Positions 47,934 to 56,455 of a stretch of 64,000 bases of DNA are shown here, piece after piece. Location: the NCBI GenBank assembly GCA_937899865.1, contig CALBRH010000001.1:1-64000 (forward strand), written 5' to 3'. Every line of letters starts with the position of its first letter. Within the stretch, counting starts at the first letter, position 1. The notes beneath the pieces are model-generated. The model had not been told where the DNA came from. It saw only the letters and a list, made by a program, of their open reading frames with translations, and did not search any database. The stretch comes from an uncultured euryarchaeote (lineage in GTDB: Archaea > Thermoplasmatota > Poseidoniia > Poseidoniales > Poseidoniaceae). Both the position numbers and the translations under genes were made by a program.

Positions 47934-49094
47934 TTATGCAGATGCGCCAATGCCGGATTCGATTTGTCTGGTAGACATAGGTTTGTTAGCAATCCATTCT
48001 TGTTTGAATAATTCTTTCAAATCAATTTCATCTTGTGGTATTGGCAATACTGTGGTTAGATATTCTGCATAGTCTTCGTCTGTGCCTTCGAATTTAGTAC
48101 CGTCGACATAGTATTTTTCACCCTTTGTAGCACCGATATCTCGATTGAAGTTTTCATGTGGCACGTACAACTGAGGTGATCCTTCAGGTAAGTATCCGCA
48201 GAGTTTCTTTACTTCACCTACTATTTCATCGTGGTAGTGGCCTCTTGATTCTTCATTCAAAATTTCCTTATCAACTTCAATACCAGCATCCAGTTTCTTG
48301 CGTTCATCCCAGCGTCCTTTAATGCCCCAAACATATGCCCAATGAGCAGAAGATGAAGCATCTACGCCAAATAGATCGTGAGCCGTTGATACCCACTTGT
48401 TGATATATCTCTGTAGCATATCTAGAGGTATTACTCCAGCTTTGATAATCCTCCTGAGTCCATTTGAACCAGTTCCCAAGTGGAATGATTCTTCCTTAAG
48501 CATTGGCCCCATAGAAGCAGCAAGTGGCTTGAAAGCAGAGGTTGAAAGCATACCTAATTGGAACTTCCCGTCTCTATCTACAAACATAGTATAGCAAAAG
48601 AAGTCAAGCCAGTGTGGCATTGGGCGATTAAATGCTCCAAGTAATCTGTCGCCATCTTGAGCGTTTCGTTCAAGCAATTTTTGCGCCTCTCTTCTACCTT
48701 GTTGCCCAAAATAAGTCATAAGTAAGTAAGCCATTTGCCATCCATGACGTTGTTCTTCAGCCATAATTCTAGCTGCAGCATAGCGATCATAATCAGTTGG
48801 AGCAGATGCTAACAAGTGTCTTTGTTGTTCTACAGATGCGAATTCAGTGTCACCCTGAACAGTAATCATGGTGATTAGAGCATCACGCATACTTTGATGA
48901 GGAACTTGTAAAGCCCTTTCCCACTTTGCTCTTCCCTGATAATCACCAAATTCAATAACATCTCCGGCTCTTTCCCAGTCAAATAATACTGAAAGCTCAA
49001 AGTCTCCTAACCAAGAAGGGTCAAATCCTACTCTCCCTTGCCAGTCTTCAAAGTTCGAAATCCACTCTTCCCAAGTATTCGGTAAGTTGTCCAT
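47934..49094 (-). CDS. BoxB-like di-iron aryl-CoA epoxidase (PaaA/PaaC/BoxB ferritin-like superfamily)
   Basis: QGDTEFASVEQQRHL, EEQRH.W.M.YLL..YFG..GR.EA..LL, LGAFN..., W..FF..T.FVDRDGKFQL, EESFH closely follow BoxB, including the Asp ligand. Confidence 0.85.
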   Translation of the reverse strand: MDNLPNTWEEWISNFEDWQGRVGFDPSWLGDFELSVLFDWERAGDVIEFGDYQGRAKWERALQVPHQSMRDALITMITVQGDTEFASVEQQRHLLASAPTDYDRYAAARIMAEEQRHGWQMAYLLMTYFGQQGRREAQKLLERNAQDGDRLLGAFNRPMPHWLDFFCYTMFVDRDGKFQLGMLSTSAFKPLAASMGPMLKEESFHLGTGSNGLRRIIKAGVIPLDMLQRYINKWVSTAHDLFGVDASSSAHWAYVWGIKGRWDERKKLDAGIEVDKEILNEESRGHYHDEIVGEVKKLCGYLPEGSPQLYVPHENFNRDIGATKGEKYYVDGTKFEGTDEDYAEYLTTVLPIPQDEIDLKELFKQEWIANKPMSTRQIESGIGASA

Positions 49095-49130
49095 GATTAT
49101 CCGAGGCTGGGCTTATCCTTATTGTCTTTG

Positions 49131-49142
49131 CGAACATGTTCG
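49131..49142. promoter_or_regulatory. Perfect 12-bp palindrome, candidate operator upstream of the boxB-like operon
   Basis: CGAACATGTTCG lies 37-48 nt upstream of ATG 49094, in the 50-nt gap after the HTH regulator. Confidence 0.5.
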
Positions 49143-49144
49143 TA

Positions 49145-49759
49145 TTAGGATAAAATTTCATCATAATACTTGTCAATTACTTTGCTTTCTATTGAATGTA
49201 GCATAACAGACAGCGTTGATTTAGTAATTCCTAATTCAGTTGATAAATCTGTTAAAGTAACTTCTCTTGGCGCAGTCCAGTAACCTCTGCGGAACGCCAA
49301 TTCAAAGACTTCCCGTTGTCTCGCTGTCAAAAGTTTCTCTTCGCTTGAACGAGTAGATTTGAGTTTCATCTGAAGATTTTCTAATTCGATTTCATTTACC
49401 AATTGCTTAGCTTGTTCAGACGAACATTGAATCGTCCAGTCTGCCCACCCGTCTATGACATCAAAAGGAGTTCTCGGAACTACACCTACGGTCCTCAAAG
49501 GTCTGATGAAACCACCTCCTCCGCTAGCGATTGTTACACTTGCTTTGTCGTCACCAAGCAAATTAACAGTCTCGACACCACTAAGGTTTCCTAAATCTGA
49601 AAGTAACTCTTGTTCCGCAGCAATTTGTGCAGTTCCTCTGCCCTTTCCAAGTGGCATAGTTTCGATTATCTGCAAAACTAAGTTGGGGTGATTTCTTGTT
49701 ACTTCTCCAGCCCAATGGCCGTTAGGTAGACGAACTTCAATTCTTACTATTTGGGACAT
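49145..49759 (-). CDS. Bat-like HTH_10 transcriptional regulator
   Basis: C-terminal LTARQREVFELAFRRGYWTAPREVTLTDLSTELGITKSTLS..LH..E.K, the typical HTH_10 pattern. Confidence 0.9.
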   Translation of the reverse strand: MSQIVRIEVRLPNGHWAGEVTRNHPNLVLQIIETMPLGKGRGTAQIAAEQELLSDLGNLSGVETVNLLGDDKASVTIASGGGGFIRPLRTVGVVPRTPFDVIDGWADWTIQCSSEQAKQLVNEIELENLQMKLKSTRSSEEKLLTARQREVFELAFRRGYWTAPREVTLTDLSTELGITKSTLSVMLHSIESKVIDKYYDEILS

Positions 49760-49763
49760 GTAA

Positions 49764-50720
49764 TCACGAACTGTGTATACGATCATGCCTTGTTAATTGT
49801 TTACTTTCAACATCGATCATTTCTGCAAAAGTTGCTATTGTTCCATCGTCTTTTAACTGTACACCTGGTAAATAACCATCACATACCCCGGATGCAACAA
49901 AAATGGCATCATCCGATTGACACAAATCTTTAGCATCCCACAATCTTGTCAAATCATCATCAATCATGTTCTTAGCGCGTGCTTCTTCTTGGTCAGAACG
50001 GAATACCAATCTGCCTTCAAATACTCCTCCAATACCTCGAATTGCAGTTGCAGTAATTACGCCTTCAGGTGCAGCACCGATTCCTAGTAACATGTCATGT
50101 TCGCCTTCAGGTCTTGCAGCCCACAGTGCAGCAGATATATCGCCATCACCAAGAAGATGTAATTGAGCACCCATACTATTTACTTCTTTGAACAAATCAT
50201 GGTGTCTCGGTCTATCAAGTGCTATTATTCGGACCTCTTCAACGGGTTTGTCAAGCACTGAAGCAACTTGTTCAATATTGTATGATACTCCAGCATCTAG
50301 GCTAATATGTCCTTCCATTTCAGGTCCTGCAGCAATTTTGTCCATGTAACAATCAGGAGCATGCAATAGTGTTCCTCTAGGTGCAGCAGCAAGAACCGCA
50401 ATCGAATTTGGTAAGTTATCAGCACAATTATTTGTACATTCCAATGGGTCGACAGCAATATCTATTGCAGCAACATTAGGGTTGCCTATTTCACAACCTA
50501 ATTGCTCACCAATATACAACATTGGGGCTTCATCTCTCTCGCCTTCACCAATTGCAACTCGACCATCAAATGGAACGCTGTCAAAGGTCATTCGCATAGC
50601 CTCCACAGCAGCAGCATCAGCAGCCATCTTGTCGCCTTTACCACGCCACTTTGCACTAGCGATAGCAGCCAAATCAACCGCATCAAGGAAGTGATTTGCT
50701 AATTGCGAAACCTTGCCCAT
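49764..50720 (-). CDS. glpX: Class II fructose-1,6-bisphosphatase
   Basis: ADAAAVEAMR, IGEGERDEAPMLYIGE, DIAVDPLE, YMDKI, LDRPRH, GDGDI, GIGAAPEGV. Confidence 0.95.
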   Translation of the reverse strand: MGKVSQLANHFLDAVDLAAIASAKWRGKGDKMAADAAAVEAMRMTFDSVPFDGRVAIGEGERDEAPMLYIGEQLGCEIGNPNVAAIDIAVDPLECTNNCADNLPNSIAVLAAAPRGTLLHAPDCYMDKIAAGPEMEGHISLDAGVSYNIEQVASVLDKPVEEVRIIALDRPRHHDLFKEVNSMGAQLHLLGDGDISAALWAARPEGEHDMLLGIGAAPEGVITATAIRGIGGVFEGRLVFRSDQEEARAKNMIDDDLTRLWDAKDLCQSDDAIFVASGVCDGYLPGVQLKDDGTIATFAEMIDVESKQLTRHDRIHSS

Positions 50721-50768
50721 GAAACAAGTGGATAGATGCTAATCAATGAACAATGCGGTTTTGATTAG

Positions 50769-51218
50769 TTAATCGGATTTATATTTTTCAACGATTCTAA
50801 CATCGCAAATCTCGCTGTTAGGATATTGTCCATCAGCATCTTTTTCATATGACTTGACCATGTCAAGAGCACACAATAATCCAGCACAAACTCCGGTTAT
50901 AGCCTCCATTTCGATGCCTGTTTTGTAGTGGGCTGTAACACTAACAGTACAACGTAATGAATTTTCTAAAAGCTCCCAATTAACCTTACATCCTTCTAAT
51001 GGGATTGGATGACAATGAGGAATAATTCTCGGAGTTTCTTTGACAGCTTGAATAGCTGCGATAGTTGAGGCCTCGATCACATCACCTTTTTTCACTTGAT
51101 TAGAAGAGATTGCTTCTAACGATTTTTGAGATAATTTTAGTATTCCTGTGGCGACTGCACTTCGCACCACAATCTCTTTTTGAGTAATATCAACCACACC
51201 TTCAATTTCTTTTTTCAT
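50769..51218 (-). CDS. moaC: Cyclic pyranopterin monophosphate synthase
   Basis: VDIT.K, KKGDV, IIPHCHP, TGIEMEA, DMVK. Confidence 0.93.
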   Translation of the reverse strand: MKKEIEGVVDITQKEIVVRSAVATGILKLSQKSLEAISSNQVKKGDVIEASTIAAIQAVKETPRIIPHCHPIPLEGCKVNWELLENSLRCTVSVTAHYKTGIEMEAITGVCAGLLCALDMVKSYEKDADGQYPNSEICDVRIVEKYKSD

Positions 51219-51222
51219 AATA

Positions 51223-51669
51223 TCAACCTAATCCTGCTTTCCACATCTCGCCCGTTTCAGAAACTTCCTTTTTCCAAATCGGGGCCTGTTTCTTTAATTC
51301 ATCAATCAACCACTCACATGCAAGAAATGCTTCCTTGCGATGAGGGCTTGCAACATGGATAGAAACAATATTTTCCCCAGGCTCAACACTTCCTGTACGA
51401 TGCGACATTGCAATTTTTTTCACACTAAATTTGTCGATTGCTTCAGTGGCTAAACCATGTAAAACATCACCTAATTTATCTTGCCATGCATCGAATTCTA
51501 ATCGATATATTTGTACGCCATTGTCAATTCCTCTAGTTATCCCAAGAAATGAAACAATCGCTCCGCAACCGTCTAAATCCAATGATTCAAGGAGCGACTG
51601 GTGATCTAAATTTATTGGAGACTCCCTAATGATTATGTCTCCGTCCATGCCTATGCGAAGCAAACGCAT
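51223..51669 (-). CDS. moaE: Molybdopterin synthase catalytic subunit; start may be ATG 51648
   Basis: GAIVSFLGITR, HRTG, ASPHRKEAF.AC..LIDELK..APIWKKE. Confidence 0.92.
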   Translation of the reverse strand: MRLLRIGMDGDIIIRESPINLDHQSLLESLDLDGCGAIVSFLGITRGIDNGVQIYRLEFDAWQDKLGDVLHGLATEAIDKFSVKKIAMSHRTGSVEPGENIVSIHVASPHRKEAFLACEWLIDELKKQAPIWKKEVSETGEMWKAGLG

Positions 51670-51700
51670 AATTCAAACCTCACGCCTCGTTGCAGTATAC

Positions 51701-52954
51701 ATGGCGGAGGCTGGTCCAATCAAAATCATGGGGGCAGGCCTGTCTGGTCTTGCTGCTGCGACTATATTGGCTAAAGGTGGTAGAGAAGTCCATGTTCATG
51801 ATATCAGAGATGATTCTGGAGCAAGATTTGATGGTGATTTCCAAGCCTTAGAAAATTGGAGTATGGATACAGACTTTTTTGACCAAATGAAGAGTTGGGG
51901 TTTTGACACAAGTGAATTTAAAGCAACTGAATTTAAGGTTGTAGATTTAATCCATCCCGATGACAAAATAACTCAAGCCAAGAGTCCAAAGATTGCTTAT
52001 CGAATTGTCGAGCGAGGTACTTCAGACCACACCATAGATCAAGGAATTAAGCGTCAAGCATTAGCCGCTGGAGTTAAAATTCACTACAAATCAAAGGTTA
52101 AGGAGGAAGACTGTCAGATAATTGCCTGTGGTCCAAAGGGTACATCAGCGGTTGCTTATGGTGAAATTTTTCACACCGAACATCCAAATCATATCGCATT
52201 CCAGTTGAATGACAAACTCGCTCCAGGCGCATACTCTTACTTGATAATCATCGATGGTGTTGGATTAATCTGTACTTGCCTTTGGCGTAAACAGAAGAAA
52301 ACTGACAGATTTCTCAATGAAACAATTGCTTGGTATGACAAACACTATCCTACACTAAACCGAAAACCAATCAAACGAGTTGGCGGCAAAGGCGATTTTA
52401 CAATCAACAAAAATTACTTTCAAGATGGCCGGTATTATGTCGGTGAATCTGGAGGGCTACAAGATTTCATGTGGGGTTTCGGAATGAGAATGGCAGTTTG
52501 GTCTGGTGTTTTAGCAGCTAAAGATATTCTTGGAGAAATAAATTATGAAACTGAGGTAAGAAAGCAATTATTACCTTATGTAAAGACAAGTGTAGCTAAT
52601 CGTTGGTTGATGAATCGTGTTGGAGATAAGTCATTTAAGATAATGTGTAATAGGTGGATGAAAGATCAAAAGAAGCGAAAAGATGGTCTTGTTTGGATTG
52701 GGAAATTATTCAGGCCAACTTTTTTGAAAGGCTTGATTTATCGGTTAGTCAATCCATTTATGCTGCGAAAAGATCCCAAATCAATGGGTAGAGGAGTTCG
52801 CAGAATGCCATTTAGAAAGGCTCTGAAAAGAGACGATTGGGAGCCCTCTAGTGAAGCGATGGCAGTGAAGGAACAATGGAATTTGATAAGGAAAGGTGGA
52901 GGAAAAACCTCCTTCGCAGAAGACTCTGACCAGATTTCTATTCCAAAAAGTTGA
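51701..52954 (+). CDS. FAD-dependent oxidoreductase, geranylgeranyl-reductase-like family
   Basis: GAGLSGL.AA Rossmann motif, APGAYSY, VGESGGLQD..WGFGM. Confidence 0.82.
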   Translation: MAEAGPIKIMGAGLSGLAAATILAKGGREVHVHDIRDDSGARFDGDFQALENWSMDTDFFDQMKSWGFDTSEFKATEFKVVDLIHPDDKITQAKSPKIAYRIVERGTSDHTIDQGIKRQALAAGVKIHYKSKVKEEDCQIIACGPKGTSAVAYGEIFHTEHPNHIAFQLNDKLAPGAYSYLIIIDGVGLICTCLWRKQKKTDRFLNETIAWYDKHYPTLNRKPIKRVGGKGDFTINKNYFQDGRYYVGESGGLQDFMWGFGMRMAVWSGVLAAKDILGEINYETEVRKQLLPYVKTSVANRWLMNRVGDKSFKIMCNRWMKDQKKRKDGLVWIGKLFRPTFLKGLIYRLVNPFMLRKDPKSMGRGVRRMPFRKALKRDDWEPSSEAMAVKEQWNLIRKGGGKTSFAEDSDQISIPKS

Positions 52955-52994
52955 ATGCGATTTATTCATAATGCTAGTCCGTCTCGGTTGACAC

Positions 52995-53861
52995 ATGAGC
53001 GACCTGTATGGATTAAAACTCGAGCCTATGCCAAATAAATTGGTAAATTATGGAGTCACTGAAAATGGAATTGCTATGATTGAACTTACCTCAAATTCAG
53101 CTGGTAAACCATTAGATGGCCCTAATGACCGTTCTCCAAATACTTACACGCATGAGATGATGCGTGATATTGATGAAGCAATTGTAAGGGCTCGATTCAA
53201 TGATGATGTAACTTGTATTGTGCTTACTGGTAACGGTGCATCTTTCTTTTCCGCAGGCGCTTCAATTCAAATGTTGAATTCTGTAACTCCTGGATTCAAG
53301 TACAATTTCTGTCTTCACGCTAATGAAACGCTATCAAGATTAGAACAAACATCAAAGTTGGTTGTTTGCGCTATCAATGGTCACGCAGTTGGCGGTGGAC
53401 TAGAAATTGCTATGGCTGCTGATATTAGAATTGCTAGAAAGAATTCTGGAAAGGTTGGACTACCAGAAATCAACCTTGGTGTACTTGCTGGAACAGGTGG
53501 TACAGCGAGACTTACTAGATTGATTGGCAAAGCAAAAGCTCTTGAAATGATGGTTACAGGCGAATTAATGTCTTTTGAAGATGCTCATGCATGCAATCTC
53601 ATCAACCATATTTGGGAAGGTTCTCCTGAAGATTTCAGAAGAGATATTCTTGACTGGTGTTCTCAATTTACTCTACCAAACAAGGCAGTTAAGGCTGTAG
53701 GAAATATCAAGCGTTCCTGTCAAACAGGTCCAGAAATTCCATTTGAGTACCACTTGGCACTTGAGCGTGAGTTACAAGCTGCATTGTTCAACAGTACAGA
53801 TGCTAAAGAGGGCATTGCAGCATATGTTGAAAAGCGTGTTGCTAACTTCACTGGAAACTAA
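52995..53861 (+). CDS. Enoyl-CoA hydratase/isomerase (two-Glu type)
   Basis: NTYTHEMM, FFSAGASI, GGGLEIA, LPEINLGV. Confidence 0.9.
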   Translation: MSDLYGLKLEPMPNKLVNYGVTENGIAMIELTSNSAGKPLDGPNDRSPNTYTHEMMRDIDEAIVRARFNDDVTCIVLTGNGASFFSAGASIQMLNSVTPGFKYNFCLHANETLSRLEQTSKLVVCAINGHAVGGGLEIAMAADIRIARKNSGKVGLPEINLGVLAGTGGTARLTRLIGKAKALEMMVTGELMSFEDAHACNLINHIWEGSPEDFRRDILDWCSQFTLPNKAVKAVGNIKRSCQTGPEIPFEYHLALERELQAALFNSTDAKEGIAAYVEKRVANFTGN

Positions 53862-53877
53862 AACTGAGGTGGACTAG

Positions 53878-54801
53878 GTGGCAAAGTATCAAGTTCCCGC
53901 TGATGTGCCAGATGAGTTGATTGAAACTTTCATACAAAATATGGATGCGGCTACTGCTGGAACTGGAAAGATGAATTTGTTTGCCTGTGATCAAAAGATA
54001 GAACACTTGAATGATGATTTCTACGATGGAGATAATGAAATTCCATTGTCATCAAATGATCCTGCTCATCTTTTTGAAATCGGAAGCCGATGTTACAAAG
54101 AAGGCACTATTGGAGTTCTTGCTGGACAACTTGGTTTAATTTCTCATTATGCCAGAGATTATCCAGATGTCCCATACTTGGTCAAACTTAATTCAAAATC
54201 GCATTTGATAAAAACGTCGCAAAGAGATCCAATCTCCCAGGCATTATGGGATATGGATGATGTTATGTCACTAGTTCATAATGGCATTAATGTTGTTGGA
54301 ATTGGTTATACAATATATGTTGGAAGTGAATATGAACATGAAATGATGTCAGAGGCTGCTCAATTCATCCGTCAAGCACATGAATTAGGTATGGTTTCTG
54401 TAGTTTGGATGTACCCAAGGGGTAAAGCAGTTGCAGATGAAAAAGATCCACAACTTATCTCTGGTGCTGCTGGTGTAGCAGCTTGTATTGGGGCAGATTT
54501 TGCCAAGGTAAATTATCCAACAGAATACCCTGGTATGACTAGAGCAGAATCATTGGCAATCGCTTCACAGGCTGCTGGCCGAACTGGAATAATATGCTCT
54601 GGAGGTGGAACTTTGCCGCCAGAACTATTTTTGCAAAGATTGTGGGAGCAAATGAATATTGGAAATTGTCGTGGTGCGGCTACAGGAAGAAATATCCATC
54701 AAAAGAATACTGAAAGCGCGGTAAAGATGACTGCTGCTTGCCATGCGATAATTTGTGAAGGGGCTTCAGTAGAAGAAGCACTCAACATCTACAATTCGTG
54801 A
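53878..54801 (+). CDS. Class I (DhnA-type) fructose-bisphosphate aldolase
   Basis: FACDQKIEHLNDDF, YLVKLNS, GYTIYVGSE.E, WMYPRG, GADFAKVNYP (Schiff-base Lys), ATGRNIHQ. Confidence 0.9.
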   Translation: MAKYQVPADVPDELIETFIQNMDAATAGTGKMNLFACDQKIEHLNDDFYDGDNEIPLSSNDPAHLFEIGSRCYKEGTIGVLAGQLGLISHYARDYPDVPYLVKLNSKSHLIKTSQRDPISQALWDMDDVMSLVHNGINVVGIGYTIYVGSEYEHEMMSEAAQFIRQAHELGMVSVVWMYPRGKAVADEKDPQLISGAAGVAACIGADFAKVNYPTEYPGMTRAESLAIASQAAGRTGIICSGGGTLPPELFLQRLWEQMNIGNCRGAATGRNIHQKNTESAVKMTAACHAIICEGASVEEALNIYNS

Positions 54802-54810
54802 AGATGAGGT

Positions 54811-55863
54811 GTGGTAATGGGTGTGATTCATCCAGATATCTGCAAAGCAGAAACCCTTCCATCAAATTACTATACAGATCAAAATATTTATCTTGAATTG
54901 TTGCAAAAATTCCACAGTTCATGGAACTTTATTGGACTAGAATCAATGCTTGAAGAAAATAGTATCATGCCAATTTCTATTGGTGAGACTCCTATGTTGT
55001 TGACAAAAACCGACTCGCAAATATATTGTGTTTCAAATGTTTGTACTCATAGGGGGATGATACTTTGTCAAGAAAATAAAACCACATCAACAATAACGTG
55101 TCCATATCATGGCCGAACGTTTTCTCTAAATGGTGAAATTAAGCATATGCCAAAATTTTCGGAAGTTGAAAATTTTCCTGCTGATAACGATAACCTTCCT
55201 AGTGCAAAGGTAGTAAATTGGCATGGGTTGCTTTTTGCTAATTTATCAGATAATGAATCATTTGAAGGATATATGAGTTCACTTGAAAGTAGGATGAGTT
55301 TTCTTGACTTTTCTAAACTCAACAGAGATAGTAGTTTAGACAGATTACATGAGTTGTCCGCAAATTGGATGTTATATGTTGATAATTATCTTGAAGGCTT
55401 CCATATACCCTATGTTCACAAAGGTCTCAATTCAGTTATTGATTATTCAAATTATGAAACAGAAGTTTTTGATAATGCAGTATTACAAATAGGATATGCT
55501 CTTGAAGGTGAAGAAAGCTTTGATATTCCATCAAGTCATCAAGACTATGGAAAAAATATTGCAGCATATTACTGGTGGGTATTTCCAAATCTAATGTTAA
55601 ATTTTTACCCATGGGGCCTTTCAATTAATGTTGTAATTCCTAATGGAGTAAGTTCTACTAAGATCGCCTATTATGGATTGATTTCAGATAATAGTAAATT
55701 CGGACTCGGAGCTGGCGGTAATTTAGATACTGTTGAAGAAGAAGATCAATGGATTGTTGAGTCATGTAACAAGGGGATGAATTCACCACTCTATCAAAGA
55801 GGTCGTTATTCACCTAGTATGGAGCAAGGAGTTCATCACTTCCACAGGTTGCTAACAGAATAA
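54811..55863 (+). CDS. Rieske non-heme iron oxygenase alpha subunit, choline-monooxygenase-like
   Basis: NVCTHRG and CPYHG Rieske motifs; NYLEGFHIPYVH and EEDQ mononuclear iron site; FPNLMLNFY. Confidence 0.9.
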   Translation: MVMGVIHPDICKAETLPSNYYTDQNIYLELLQKFHSSWNFIGLESMLEENSIMPISIGETPMLLTKTDSQIYCVSNVCTHRGMILCQENKTTSTITCPYHGRTFSLNGEIKHMPKFSEVENFPADNDNLPSAKVVNWHGLLFANLSDNESFEGYMSSLESRMSFLDFSKLNRDSSLDRLHELSANWMLYVDNYLEGFHIPYVHKGLNSVIDYSNYETEVFDNAVLQIGYALEGEESFDIPSSHQDYGKNIAAYYWWVFPNLMLNFYPWGLSINVVIPNGVSSTKIAYYGLISDNSKFGLGAGGNLDTVEEEDQWIVESCNKGMNSPLYQRGRYSPSMEQGVHHFHRLLTE

Positions 55864-55865
55864 AA

Positions 55866-56204
55866 TTACAATTTATCTTCTGCAGGGGTTCCTGTGGTAA
55901 CATTACCTTCTTGGTCAATAATAATTGGAGTACCTTCTTGCCACCCAGGGCAATTGCTGGAGACCCATGTTCTAGTTGCCCATTCACAGATATCGTATCC
56001 GCCAGATAGAATTCCAGATCTCTTGATGTAGCCGACCTTTACAATGTCTTTGTCTTTTGACAAAACATTCCCTAGTTGTTGGCTTGTGGTGCCGTGACGC
56101 ATCGTGCTGTTGATGTGTTCTAAGATCTCCGCAGTGTTTCGGGGTCGCTCGCCTAAAAATTTCTTAATTTTCTCTCTAATTCTAGTTGTTTTCATCAAAT
56201 TCAC
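55866..56204 (-). CDS. DUF3860 family small winged-helix-like protein
   Basis: RNTAEILEHINSTMRHGTTSQQLGNVLSKDKDIVKVG...YDICEWA, a family I associate with MGII. Confidence 0.85.
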   Translation of the reverse strand: MNLMKTTRIREKIKKFLGERPRNTAEILEHINSTMRHGTTSQQLGNVLSKDKDIVKVGYIKRSGILSGGYDICEWATRTWVSSNCPGWQEGTPIIIDQEGNVTTGTPAEDKL

Positions 56205-56455
56205 TCTCTTGTCACGCAGCGCATATCCATTGAATATTTGCCACTAAACCACAGGACAGCGGTCGCTAATATAATAGTTCCTCCAGAATTGAGAGTTTGT
56301 TACATTTGGATACGAAATTAAGTGTAAAAAATGAACCATTTATGACTGGATGTAAGTAAAATCATACTTTTCCAGTGGAAATCTGTAACTAAATGTAACT
56401 AATAAGTATAATTATAAATAAAATTATAAGTTAATCACAGATAGCAGACTTTGAG
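56205..56455. promoter_or_regulatory. Candidate replication origin/divergent control region with an ORB-like element and an AT-rich tract
   Basis: TTTCCAGTGGAAA at 56369-56381, TGTAACTAA twice (56384, 56394), and a 35-nt tract with only 2 G at 56401-56435. Confidence 0.5.

Noticed and set aside
47934-49094. Canonical paaABCDE phenylacetate epoxidase
   Set aside because: It is a single gene without paaB/D/E, and its motifs match BoxB rather than PaaA.
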